55,556 bases of DNA, from the IMG/VR virus record IMGVR_UViG_3300020043_002100, positions 1-55,556 of that record; one strand, written 5' to 3'. The translations under genes were made by a program, and so were the position numbers. Shown here piece by piece: positions 26,448-35,903 of the stretch (positions are counted from its first letter, which is position 1; every line of letters starts with the position of its first letter). Origin of the DNA: a virus. Lineage: Duplodnaviria; Caudoviricetes. The notes beneath the pieces are model-generated. The model was not told where the DNA came from. It did no database searches and saw only the letters and a program-made list of their open reading frames with translations.

Positions 26448-27137
26448 ATGGCACTAAAGCGAACTACAAAGTACAAGAATGCGGATAGTGAAGCTGCAGC
26501 TAAATACGTAAAACTTGTTGCTATGAATGAAAAGCAGCAAGATTACATTGATGCTCTAGCTAACCACGACCAGCTTATTGTGCTTGGACCCTCTGGTACT
26601 GGTAAATCATATATTGCAGCTACATATGCAGCTAACTTGTATCTACAGAAAAAGATTCACAAGATTATCATTACTCGGCCTAATGTAGCGGTGGGTAAAG
26701 AGTTAGGTCACTTGCCCGGAACACTGGAAGAAAAGTACTCTCCGTGGCTAGCTCCTATTCTTGATACACTAGAGAAGCATCTAGGCAAAGCGGTAGTAGA
26801 AACAGCACTAAAGAATGGCAACATTGAAATGGCACCTCTTGCGTTTATGCGAGGACGCTCCTTCGATAATGCGATGCTTCTACTTGACGAGTTTCAAAAT
26901 ACCTCTTTTGAAGAGTTTAAGATGTTCATTACTCGTGTTGGACAGGGCTGTAAAGTTGTTATGAATGGTGACATTAAACAATCTGATATTCGTGGTCACA
27001 GCGGTCTAGCTAAAGCTATTGAGTTGGCCAAGAAGTATGACATTGACGCTGCAGTGATTGAGTTTACTCTGGATGATGTTGTACGTTCTGATATCTGTAA
27101 GCAATGGCTGACAGCGTTCTACGGAGAAGCACTATGA
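26448..27137 (+). CDS. phoH: PhoH-like ATPase
   Basis: GPSGTGKS, IIITRP, LGHLPG, FMRGRSF, LDEFQN, GDIKQSD, DVVRS. Confidence 0.95.
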   Translation: MALKRTTKYKNADSEAAAKYVKLVAMNEKQQDYIDALANHDQLIVLGPSGTGKSYIAATYAANLYLQKKIHKIIITRPNVAVGKELGHLPGTLEEKYSPWLAPILDTLEKHLGKAVVETALKNGNIEMAPLAFMRGRSFDNAMLLLDEFQNTSFEEFKMFITRVGQGCKVVMNGDIKQSDIRGHSGLAKAIELAKKYDIDAAVIEFTLDDVVRSDICKQWLTAFYGEAL

Positions 27138-27183
27138 TTAACATGTTAATGTTCTATATCACCACTAAAGAAGGTAAACGTAA

Positions 27184-27393
27184 ATGACACCATATGAAGC
27201 TGGCTACCAAGGCTTTACTAAGACACACCGCAATCCGCACCGCTATGGTACTGCTGACCACAAAGCTTGGATTGCAGCTAAAACTGTAATTAGTAACCCC
27301 AACAAAGCTGATACACAAGCTTATCGTGAGTGGGAACGTGGCTTTAACGCTGCATACTTCTACAACAAAGATAAGGTCACTAAGCATGAGTGA
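27184..27393 (+). CDS. RMF/CrpP-fold-like small protein
   Basis: YEAGYQGF...NP....T..Y.EW.RGF pattern. Confidence 0.5.
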   Translation: MTPYEAGYQGFTKTHRNPHRYGTADHKAWIAAKTVISNPNKADTQAYREWERGFNAAYFYNKDKVTKHE

Positions 27394-27565
27394 TCAAGCT
27401 AAAGCTAAGCAATTCTTTGCTGGACTAGCTGAGTATCTGCAGCCACTGATTGAGTATCTTGATGATAACCTTTACGCATCACAAGAGCTTACTAATGCTG
27501 AAACTAGATTTTCAGAGTTTCAGTTTTGGCTAGGTGAAACGGTTAACGCACACGGAATTAAATAA
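27386..27565 (+). CDS. Hypothetical protein
   Basis: ATG 27386; last gene of the + arm. Confidence 0.6.
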   Translation: MSDQAKAKQFFAGLAEYLQPLIEYLDDNLYASQELTNAETRFSEFQFWLGETVNAHGIK

Positions 27566-27570
27566 AAGTG

Positions 27571-27604
27571 AACCCGGCTGTAGCTTGATTGCTACGCCGG
27601 GTTT
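27571..27604. terminator. Hairpin between the convergent arms (probable bidirectional terminator)
   Basis: AACCCGGC-T-GTAGC...GCTAC-GCCGGGTT stem between convergent stop codons. Confidence 0.75.
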
Positions 27605-27612
27605 CTGCATTA

Positions 27613-30600
27613 TTAAGGTGCTTCGAGATACTGATCTTTTACTTCAAGGTAAGTCTTAAGCATGTCAATTTCTGTGTCAGATAGATCATACAAACCACGA
27701 CCACCCAAGCTTTCGTTGAAGTACTTAAGAGCTGCATCCACCTTCTTCTTGTTAAACTTTGTAGTCAGATCAAACACATTAGCTACATGCTGATCTTCAA
27801 CTACAATGCTACCACGAAGAGCTTCAAGTGCATCCGCCTTGGCTGCAGCAAGTGCTTTAGTAACCATAGCCTGCTTCTTCTCAAGAGTGGCATCTTTGAA
27901 GGTCTTACTCTTATCAAGTAGCTCCATACGATACTCAAGGAAAGGTGCAACAACAGCATTTACAGCGTTATTAGCAGCAGGTACAGGTGACTTAATCTCT
28001 GTTTTGAACAAAGCTCTGCCTACTTGGTTAAACACTTTCTCTGTAGTAGTAAGCGGAGGCATAGTGCGACGACCAAGTATCTGTGTAGGCTGCAACTGAA
28101 TGTCACCTTGACGAGTAGCAACACGCTTAGCAGGAGCCAAGTCAACTGCTTCACCTGTAGCTGTTTCTGACAGCACTGCAAAGATTTGATCCACATAGCG
28201 AAGGCTGTTGTTCAAAGACTCCATGCCTTGCTTACGGTCAATAGCAGCATAATCATCGCCACGATACATAGCAGCAGCGTGATTAATAGGATCAATTGGA
28301 CGCATCATACCGCTTACATAGCCAACACCAAATGTGCTGTACATTTCACCTACAGCTTTCTTTAGTGAGATATCTGCATTCTCAGGATCGCTAATAGTGT
28401 CACGCAATGCTTGTACTGCGCCAATAAGCCCTTCTTCTTGGTTAGACAGTTGGCGTGTCATGTTACCGATACCAAAGTCGGTAGCCATTTCAACGACAAG
28501 CTCTTCTGGCATATCTTGGTCTGTCATCCAGTAGTACACCGACGCAGCAGCAGCACGAATAAAGTTTTCAGGATATTCGTATTGGCGATTTACGATGTTG
28601 CCTTGTTCATCAAAGTCTTGGTTATACTTGAGTCCTGCAGCAAGGTTATGTTCATAGTCACCCATAAGAGTGCCAATAATGGTCCAGCCAACGGCACCAC
28701 GAGAGATAAGCTCCGCCGTGTCACGATTGCTGCTATTAATGACGTTACCACCGCCGACAATCTTCTTTTTAGCTCCATTAGCCATGATGTTAATCACCCT
28801 AGCAGCACCACCAAACCCCGTGTAGTCTGACATAACACGAATGGTGTTGTTGAAGAAGCGACCGAAAGGAATAGCAGTACCAACAAAAGGAACAGTACTA
28901 GCTCTCTCAATCATAGATGCAGCGTACTGCAAAGGTCCAGCTTTAGCGTCAGCAGGAAGAGACATAAGCATACGCATAGTGTCCTCATAAGAGGTAGCCA
29001 TAACGTCTACATAATCTTGTGTACTCATTTTAGCAATGAGGTCAGGGCGATCATAAAACTCAAGAAGCCCAACATCAGCACCAAACTTAAGACGCAAATG
29101 CTTATCAAGATTAGGCACAAAAGCCATAGACTTAGTGTAGCCATCAAGAGCTTTGCCAAGCCACACAGTCTGTGCAGCATTAGCCATCTTATCACCATAT
29201 TTGAGAAACTTAGTGTCTTCTAGCTTGAAACCAAATTGCTTCTCAAAGTCTTCCGCAACACCAATACCATCAGCACCATCCAAGTTGTATCGCATCATCT
29301 TGTTCAGCAAATCAGGATGGGAAGCAATGATGCCATCATATACTTCTTTGGTAGCTTTTGGGTCAAGGTACGTAGTTTGACGGAACACAAGAGACTTACG
29401 AATAGCTTTAGCTTGCTCTTTCTGTGATGTAGAGAAGAAGCCAAGACCTGTGTGCATAGCAGCACGTACAACGTCAGAAGCATCATCTAGCATAATCATA
29501 GCCATGTGACCCTTAGCGTTAACCATTGTGGTAGCAGGGTGAGCAGTAACAGCACGAAGGAACAGGCTTTGAATGTAGCCCATCTTATTCCAAGCCCCAC
29601 TAGCTACAGAGGGAGTGGCAGCAGGAAGCTTAACGATAGCACCAGCAGTAGGCGACACATATGTGTTAGCAAGCTTGCGTACCTGAGAAGCAACATTCAA
29701 ACCACGCCCATAGGAGCTAAACTTTTCTGCTACAACATCCGCAAACTGTTTAGGAGAAAGACTCTTGTAGTCAGGTATGTTCTTGCCCAAGTTAGTAGTG
29801 AAGGAATCCTGCATCTTCTCAATGTAGTCTTGTGGAAGGTTACGAATTACATTGGTGATAAAGTCCATAACCCCATCATCACTATTTGTCTTAGCAGGAA
29901 TGTTGACACCAGCAGAAAGAATAGATTCAGCAAGTCCAGTGACACCCGCATCTTTGTTGCCGAGCATCACATAGTCCCAGAAATCTGTGTCTGTAGACAA
30001 ATCACCAAACTGATTAGTAGCCATGCTTTGCTTACCACGAGCAACCTTGTTCTGCCACTTTGAGGTAGCAGCAATAGGGTTGGACATGAGTGACTGCAAT
30101 GCAAAGTCAAGATTGACAGTGATGTTCTGTCCTGCTACTTGTGCCGCTGCTTGAGGAGTAGAAGGAAGTGCAGCTTTAGCTTTTGCAATTTTATCTACAA
30201 TATCAGTAGGCATTCCGCCAGTAGCTTTGGTACTAAGCTTAGCAGCACCAGACATAGCCCCCTGAATCATGCCGCCACCCAAAGCACCCAGCGCAGTCAA
30301 TCCACTTTGCATAGGGCTGTAGTCTTTTTGTGCGCCAGATGTAATCATACCGCTTTGATACGCATAATCTACGCCCAGCGCAGTAGCTGTATCAAGAGCA
30401 GTAGTAGCAATAAGTTTCTGCTTTGCCTCTTTGCCTAGTGTAGTTTTAATAGCAGCACGAGACATAGCTTTACGGAATGTAGTATTAAACGCAGCAGCAC
30501 CCTCTGCCCTAGCTACTGCTACAGAAGCCTTACGTGCAATAGCTTTAGACGTAGCATTTGTTGCTGCTCTGGTAGCAATAGCCTTGGCTGTTGCACCAGC

Positions 30601-31224
30601 ACCTTTAGTGCCAAAGCGAGTAACAATACCTGCGCCCCCAAGGATAACAGCGATGTTAGTAGGATCAACAATAGTAGACCAAGCGTAGTCGAACAAGCCA
30701 TCAGCAGTATCAGCCCACGATGCTTGTTTACCGAAGATGTTACCCATGCTGTCAAACAGTTTGTAAGCGTTGCCTGCTACTTCACGTTCAGCTTCACCCA
30801 TGCGACCAAGATCATATACTTCTTCAACGACAGTCATAGAGTTACCAGCATTCCAAGAACGCATACGGTTAACGTATTTGTCTGCAACTTCTTCATTACT
30901 AAGACCCTCAACAGCAACACCAGCATAAAGCTTTAGGTAGTCACGCATAGTTTTTTGATATGCGTCATTGCTGTACAAATCACGTACAGAAATAGGCTGT
31001 TGCTGTTCAATAGGCAGTGTAGCAACCTCTTGCTTAGGAACCTGTGTAATAGCTGCAGGAGCACCCAATAGGCGTTGATACTCTGTATTAGCTGTGTTAG
31101 AAGGTGCAGAAGGGGTTTGCTGAGTAGGGGCAGTAGGAGTAGTGTTAGTTACAACACCACTCTCCCTGTCTACACTTTCACCAAGCAGCAACCGTTGGTA
31201 AATGCTTTTCTTTGTATCAGCCAT
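27613..31224 (-). CDS. Large internal virion/ejection protein
   Basis: 1203 aa, Ala-rich, last gene of structural arm (position of T7 gp16). Confidence 0.7.
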   Translation of the reverse strand: MADTKKSIYQRLLLGESVDRESGVVTNTTPTAPTQQTPSAPSNTANTEYQRLLGAPAAITQVPKQEVATLPIEQQQPISVRDLYSNDAYQKTMRDYLKLYAGVAVEGLSNEEVADKYVNRMRSWNAGNSMTVVEEVYDLGRMGEAEREVAGNAYKLFDSMGNIFGKQASWADTADGLFDYAWSTIVDPTNIAVILGGAGIVTRFGTKGAGATAKAIATRAATNATSKAIARKASVAVARAEGAAAFNTTFRKAMSRAAIKTTLGKEAKQKLIATTALDTATALGVDYAYQSGMITSGAQKDYSPMQSGLTALGALGGGMIQGAMSGAAKLSTKATGGMPTDIVDKIAKAKAALPSTPQAAAQVAGQNITVNLDFALQSLMSNPIAATSKWQNKVARGKQSMATNQFGDLSTDTDFWDYVMLGNKDAGVTGLAESILSAGVNIPAKTNSDDGVMDFITNVIRNLPQDYIEKMQDSFTTNLGKNIPDYKSLSPKQFADVVAEKFSSYGRGLNVASQVRKLANTYVSPTAGAIVKLPAATPSVASGAWNKMGYIQSLFLRAVTAHPATTMVNAKGHMAMIMLDDASDVVRAAMHTGLGFFSTSQKEQAKAIRKSLVFRQTTYLDPKATKEVYDGIIASHPDLLNKMMRYNLDGADGIGVAEDFEKQFGFKLEDTKFLKYGDKMANAAQTVWLGKALDGYTKSMAFVPNLDKHLRLKFGADVGLLEFYDRPDLIAKMSTQDYVDVMATSYEDTMRMLMSLPADAKAGPLQYAASMIERASTVPFVGTAIPFGRFFNNTIRVMSDYTGFGGAARVINIMANGAKKKIVGGGNVINSSNRDTAELISRGAVGWTIIGTLMGDYEHNLAAGLKYNQDFDEQGNIVNRQYEYPENFIRAAAASVYYWMTDQDMPEELVVEMATDFGIGNMTRQLSNQEEGLIGAVQALRDTISDPENADISLKKAVGEMYSTFGVGYVSGMMRPIDPINHAAAMYRGDDYAAIDRKQGMESLNNSLRYVDQIFAVLSETATGEAVDLAPAKRVATRQGDIQLQPTQILGRRTMPPLTTTEKVFNQVGRALFKTEIKSPVPAANNAVNAVVAPFLEYRMELLDKSKTFKDATLEKKQAMVTKALAAAKADALEALRGSIVVEDQHVANVFDLTTKFNKKKVDAALKYFNESLGGRGLYDLSDTEIDMLKTYLEVKDQYLEAP

Positions 31225-31238
31225 TAGTTATTCCATTG

Positions 31239-32267
31239 TTATTGTGTTGTGAAGTTATTGTAGTCTTTGGCTAGTTCCGGCGGAAGGAAAGATTTGTCAT
31301 AGATAGTCACAAAGCTTTCAAGTAGAGCTTGATATGTAGGCTTAGTGCGCCACACGTCAATATCACGTTGAATCAACGCAAGTGCTTCATAAGGAGACTC
31401 AACTTGTTCTCCAAGGAACTCTGTAGTGCCTGCAATGTCTTGCGCCTTCTGTACAATAGCCGGATTACGTTGAAGCTCAGGGTTATTCAGAACATCGTAG
31501 CCTGTCAAACCCGGATTATCTAGCATATCGTATACAGCTTTGACACCGTAGTTTTCCATCAACAGACTGATGTTACCATTCTTATCTGCTTCATTGATAG
31601 CAGTGTCGATCTTGTTGATTTCTTCTGTAGCTTTTATTCTTACAGCTTCATCAGCGGTATCATCAAGAGAAATAGCATTCCACTTTTCACGCTCCTGCAA
31701 AGCAGAAGTACGCAAAGCACTGTTAGCTTGTTCCGCTACAAATCGAGCTTCTTCTGGCGTAGTTTGAGCACGAGGATTAGCAGTAGATGCAAACTGGAAA
31801 GACAAAGCGGCACTAGAAGGAGTTGCACCAGAAGCTTCTCCCGACTTCACTGCAGACGCAGCTTCATCACTGATGCCATCCATTCCAATAGTATCAAGAA
31901 GGCTACGTACTTGTTTAGGGCTAAGCTTGTTTGAAGTAACAGTACCAAGCATAGACTCAAGATGAAGCATTCCTGTGTCTGGGTCTTTGAGATATGGTGC
32001 AATTTCTTCTGGCTTAAATCCAGCAGTAATAAGTGTCGTTGCCAACACCTCTGCTTTCTTAGCTTTTTCTTCCCTTACCACACGAGTTTCAAGATCATAA
32101 CGTGCAGTTACCATGTCAAGATCATGCTGAGTCTGCCTAGCCCAATCTGCATCTTTCTGCTTACGCTCTTCTGCAATAAGCTCATCTTCACGTTTATTCT
32201 TACTACGCTCTCGCATAATATTTGTAGCTTCACCGAAGAAGCCTGCAGCAAAACCTGCACCAGCCAT
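31239..32267 (-). CDS. Probable internal virion protein
   Basis: 342 aa; MAGAGFAAGF N-terminus plus coiled coil. Confidence 0.6.
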   Translation of the reverse strand: MAGAGFAAGFFGEATNIMRERSKNKREDELIAEERKQKDADWARQTQHDLDMVTARYDLETRVVREEKAKKAEVLATTLITAGFKPEEIAPYLKDPDTGMLHLESMLGTVTSNKLSPKQVRSLLDTIGMDGISDEAASAVKSGEASGATPSSAALSFQFASTANPRAQTTPEEARFVAEQANSALRTSALQEREKWNAISLDDTADEAVRIKATEEINKIDTAINEADKNGNISLLMENYGVKAVYDMLDNPGLTGYDVLNNPELQRNPAIVQKAQDIAGTTEFLGEQVESPYEALALIQRDIDVWRTKPTYQALLESFVTIYDKSFLPPELAKDYNNFTTQ

Positions 32268-32824
32268 TACATTGTTCCTTTACGTGCCATGATACCAGTT
32301 TTAGCTACAGGTGCAGCTTCTACAGGAGCAACAGTAGTTGCATCTTGCATAGTAGCATCTGGCGTAGCTTCTGTCAAGCTGTCAGTCATTTCTGTAAGCA
32401 GCCCAGCGCCTTCGTCACCAGCTTTAAGCGACTCAAGACGTTTGCTGATCATGTAGCTTACTTTAGCTTTCTCTTTCTCAGCGTCTTTAGCTTTGTTGCC
32501 GAAGCCTTCTTCGTATTGCACTTTAGCTTTCTTAGCTGCAGTGATGATAAACTCGTGAAGCACAGGTGCAACGATAAGTCCAACATCAACAGAGTAAACG
32601 CCATTCATGGTAGCTACAGTGTTAAGTGTTTCTACCATAGCTTTTACAGGGAAGCCTGACTCAAGTGCAAACAGCATATCATCCATAACGTCAGGCTTAG
32701 TGAGACGTTTAGTTTGATACTTGATAGCTTCTTCGGGGTCTTCCATTTGAGGCGGTTGTTCCCACGGAGCGTTTCCCGGTTCTACTGTAAGTGATTGGCC
32801 GGGGATTGGTGCTGTAAAGTTCAT
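32267..32824 (-). CDS. Conserved hypothetical virion-region protein
   Basis: 185 aa; APIPGQSLT.EP...PWEQPP. Confidence 0.65.
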   Translation of the reverse strand: MNFTAPIPGQSLTVEPGNAPWEQPPQMEDPEEAIKYQTKRLTKPDVMDDMLFALESGFPVKAMVETLNTVATMNGVYSVDVGLIVAPVLHEFIITAAKKAKVQYEEGFGNKAKDAEKEKAKVSYMISKRLESLKAGDEGAGLLTEMTDSLTEATPDATMQDATTVAPVEAAPVAKTGIMARKGTM

Positions 32825-33615
32825 TATTTACCCTTTAGTGAATCTGGAATGTAGTCTTCTACGTAACGCATAGCTCTTAGCGATCTGCCTTGCAGGTTAG
32901 CTGTTTCACTTGCAGGACGCAGAAACTCATTAGAGAACAAGATAGCTGCGGCGTCTGAAGTCTTAGCTCCGCGAAGTGCGCCAATAACATCACCTTCGCT
33001 TGTATTTGCAAGCTCATGCTTCAAGAAACCGTAATTAGCTTCATAACTAGATGGATCAAGTTTATTAGCTGTAGCGTATGCCTCAAATGCTACCCTACGT
33101 GGGCCAGTCCACTGAGCAAAGCCATACCCACCCTTAGAGCCGGGAACAATAGGTTTAATCTCTTGCATAAACTTAAAGCCACCTGTTTCGTAATCCAAGT
33201 TGCCTACTACTCCTGCAGCTTGCTCTTTAGTGAGCTTAAAGTCACGCATCAAGTCCTTCATAAGCCGCTTACCTGCATCTTTAGTGGGAAAGCCTTCTTT
33301 ACGAGAACGAGGTGCAGATGAACCCGGAATCAAAGAAACTGTTTCTGGAAGATTCTCCATAATGTCAATGTCTTCTGGGTTCTTGGCCCCACGCAGTGCT
33401 GCAATCAAACGAGCAGCGGTAGCATTGTCTTCACTAGCAGATGCCATCTGAATACCCTGCTCTGCTGCAGCTTTAAGTCGAGACTTCTGTTCATCTGTAG
33501 AACGAGAGCCTAGCCCCCTGCGATATGTACCCGCAGTTTCAGGGCTAGGTCCAGCACCAGCTAGAATAGTGTCAGCTACAGTGGAAGCTGATTGGTAGTA
33601 GTTTTCATACGTCAT
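32824..33615 (-). CDS. Virion-associated peptidoglycan hydrolase (Phage_lysozyme2-like)
   Basis: QAAGVVGNLDYETGG, GYGFAQWTGPRR, FLRP; start reassigned to ATG 33615. Confidence 0.8.
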   Translation of the reverse strand: MTYENYYQSASTVADTILAGAGPSPETAGTYRRGLGSRSTDEQKSRLKAAAEQGIQMASASEDNATAARLIAALRGAKNPEDIDIMENLPETVSLIPGSSAPRSRKEGFPTKDAGKRLMKDLMRDFKLTKEQAAGVVGNLDYETGGFKFMQEIKPIVPGSKGGYGFAQWTGPRRVAFEAYATANKLDPSSYEANYGFLKHELANTSEGDVIGALRGAKTSDAAAILFSNEFLRPASETANLQGRSLRAMRYVEDYIPDSLKGK

Positions 33616-33634
33616 AGCTTTTGTTACTCCCTCA

Positions 33635-35608
33635 TTAGCCGAAAAGACCGCCACCACCAGAGCCACCAAAGATAATCTGAGCAGCAAAGGCACCCATAGC
33701 TGTATCCTTTTGAAGTTTAGACTCTTGGGCAGCAGTAAGCTTAGCCATTGCCACGTTAGCGGCACGTTCTGCAGCATTCTCTGATCCTTGGAAAGCGAAG
33801 GCCATGATATCACGTTCTCGCTGCCAAATGTTAGCTAGTGCTTGTGTGGAGATACTTGTTGCAGCCAATGCGTCTTGCATGTTAGCCTGTTGCTTGGCAG
33901 CAGTGTTAGTCGTAGCGATCTGTTGACGCCATTGAGCATTAGCTTGTGCGATCACGAGTGTGTTGGTAGCTTCAAATTGATCACGTTGATTTTGCACATC
34001 AGCATTAAACTTGTTGATTGTGTTAATCTGATCCGTGTCAAATTGCTTCATGGCATTGGTTTGTGTAGCATTGAATTGCTGTACCTGAGAAGACAAGCCA
34101 TCATAGAATTGCTTAACTTGATTCTCAGAAGAAGCATTGAATTGCTTGGAAGCATTCTCTGCTGCAGCATCAGTGAACAACGATTGTAGCATAGATTGAG
34201 ACTTAAACAAAGCAGTTTGTTGTGTATTGTTCAAGTTAGTCAAATCTGTTTGCAGGAACGCTTGTGCATTCTGTACAGCAGCTTGTTGACGATTGTTGAG
34301 GTTAGTCATATCAAGCTGAGCCATAGCTGCAACATCAGCCATAATCTTAGCGTTCTTAGCACTTAGGTTGGTAAGATCAACTGTTTGTGCAAGCTGAGCA
34401 TTCTCTAGTGCAATCTGTTGTTCAGCAGTGAAGTTGAGATTAGCTATGTCACTGATCTTAGCAGCATTAGCAACACGAGTTTGGAAAGCTTGATCAAAGT
34501 CTTGCTTCAAGAAGTCAGCACGGAATTGAGCACCAAGCATAGCTGCCTGTTGACGATTACTAAGATTCTGTGCTTCAAAGCTAGCACGAGTAGTAGCATC
34601 AGCTTGTGCAATAGGAAGTGCAGACTCCATAGCAGCTTGGATTACAGCTTGACCAGCAATAGAGCTAGCACCAAGACCACGTTGAACCAGCATAGCATTA
34701 GCTGCCCGCATAGCACCAGCAGCCCAAGCAGGAGTTGCACCATTGTCAAACTGTGTCATTAGGTCTTCAAGCTGACCTGCAACAGTTGCTTGCTTAGACG
34801 GTAGAGCTTCTGCAGCTACAATTTGAGTAGCTTCATTGACTTTAGCCATATCAACAGCAGAACCTGATACAGATTCCCCAGCTTGCAGAGCACGAGCAGC
34901 AGGAGCTTGAACTGTCTGAGCTTGAGCAATCTGTGCAGCATCCACATTAAGTTGTGCCAGATCAGTTGCATTCATTGTTGCAGCTTGTGTGGTAGCACCT
35001 GCAGACACAGTACCATGTGCAGCTTGAGTAGCATTAACTACATCTGCAGCTTTGGTAGCTGTAGTAGCAGTGTCAACAGTAGAGGCAGCTTGAGTAGCAG
35101 GAGCTTGTGCTGTAGCAATCTGTCCAATGTTTTGAGGGGTAACTACAGGAGTGGCACCTTGAAGCTGGCCCGCATTAGATGCAACAGTTTGATCAGGAGA
35201 TTCAGCTACAGTGGCAGCTTGAGTGGGCGTTACAATAGCAGTAGGATTAGTATAAGCATTAGTAAGCATATCTTGCGTACCAGCTTTAAGTGCATCCGCT
35301 TTAGCCTGTTCTTCTGGTGTCAACACAGGAGCAGTAGGAGTTGTAACAGGAGTCGTTTCTTGTGTAGTCACTGCACCACCGTTAGCCATAGCCATGCCTT
35401 GAGTAGCAGGAGGCATAGTTGTAGCTGCAGGTTTACCACCAATCATGCGCTGGGCTGTTTGAGCGTATTTGCCCATCTTAGCTGCAGCAGCAGGGTTAGC
35501 AGCAAGAAACTGATCCATTTGTTTAGCATCCGCTGGGCCTGTGTAGCCCAGCTTCTGCATAAGTGTCGCAGTCTGTGTAGGAGTGAAGCCGCTAAATTTA
35601 GTAGCCAT
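33635..35608 (-). CDS. Gln/Ala/Asn-rich internal virion protein
   Basis: 657 aa; repetitive QFNA/NLNN helical repeats. Confidence 0.65.
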   Translation of the reverse strand: MATKFSGFTPTQTATLMQKLGYTGPADAKQMDQFLAANPAAAAKMGKYAQTAQRMIGGKPAATTMPPATQGMAMANGGAVTTQETTPVTTPTAPVLTPEEQAKADALKAGTQDMLTNAYTNPTAIVTPTQAATVAESPDQTVASNAGQLQGATPVVTPQNIGQIATAQAPATQAASTVDTATTATKAADVVNATQAAHGTVSAGATTQAATMNATDLAQLNVDAAQIAQAQTVQAPAARALQAGESVSGSAVDMAKVNEATQIVAAEALPSKQATVAGQLEDLMTQFDNGATPAWAAGAMRAANAMLVQRGLGASSIAGQAVIQAAMESALPIAQADATTRASFEAQNLSNRQQAAMLGAQFRADFLKQDFDQAFQTRVANAAKISDIANLNFTAEQQIALENAQLAQTVDLTNLSAKNAKIMADVAAMAQLDMTNLNNRQQAAVQNAQAFLQTDLTNLNNTQQTALFKSQSMLQSLFTDAAAENASKQFNASSENQVKQFYDGLSSQVQQFNATQTNAMKQFDTDQINTINKFNADVQNQRDQFEATNTLVIAQANAQWRQQIATTNTAAKQQANMQDALAATSISTQALANIWQRERDIMAFAFQGSENAAERAANVAMAKLTAAQESKLQKDTAMGAFAAQIIFGGSGGGGLFG

Positions 35609-35622
35609 TGTTTGTTATTCCT

Positions 35623-35847
35623 TTATTTACGGAGTGCCGTTTCAATGTTGTCTAGCTTACCCGCAATATACTTTAGGGAGTCACGAGTCTCTGTGTATTC
35701 TTTTTCGTGAGTAGCTTTACTTGTTTCAAACTGACTCTGCAAAACAGCAATGGTAGTGTGATGATCTTGTTGCCTATTATACATCATAAATACGAAAGCT
35801 GCAATAGGGGCAACAACCCATTTTAGTGCAAGATCGAGAAGTTCCAT
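35623..35847 (-). CDS. Small membrane/coiled-coil protein
   Basis: 74 aa; N-terminal TM followed by coiled coil. Confidence 0.6.
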   Translation of the reverse strand: MELLDLALKWVVAPIAAFVFMMYNRQQDHHTTIAVLQSQFETSKATHEKEYTETRDSLKYIAGKLDNIETALRK

Positions 35848-35903
35848 ATTAGCTCACTCCATACACAAGAGACGCGGTGTTATCAGTAATGTACATAGTG
35901 ACC

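Noticed and set aside
27386-27565. Second Acb2/Tad1-like protein (SQELTNAETRFSEFQFW)
   Set aside because: Resemblance limited to one weak helix pattern; not supportable without a profile search.
34883-35710. Long plus-strand ORFs in the structural arm (also 37024-37668, 40725-41465, 45003-45903)
   Set aside because: Antisense shadows of real minus-strand genes, Ser/Cys-rich or low-complexity, with no evident RBS.
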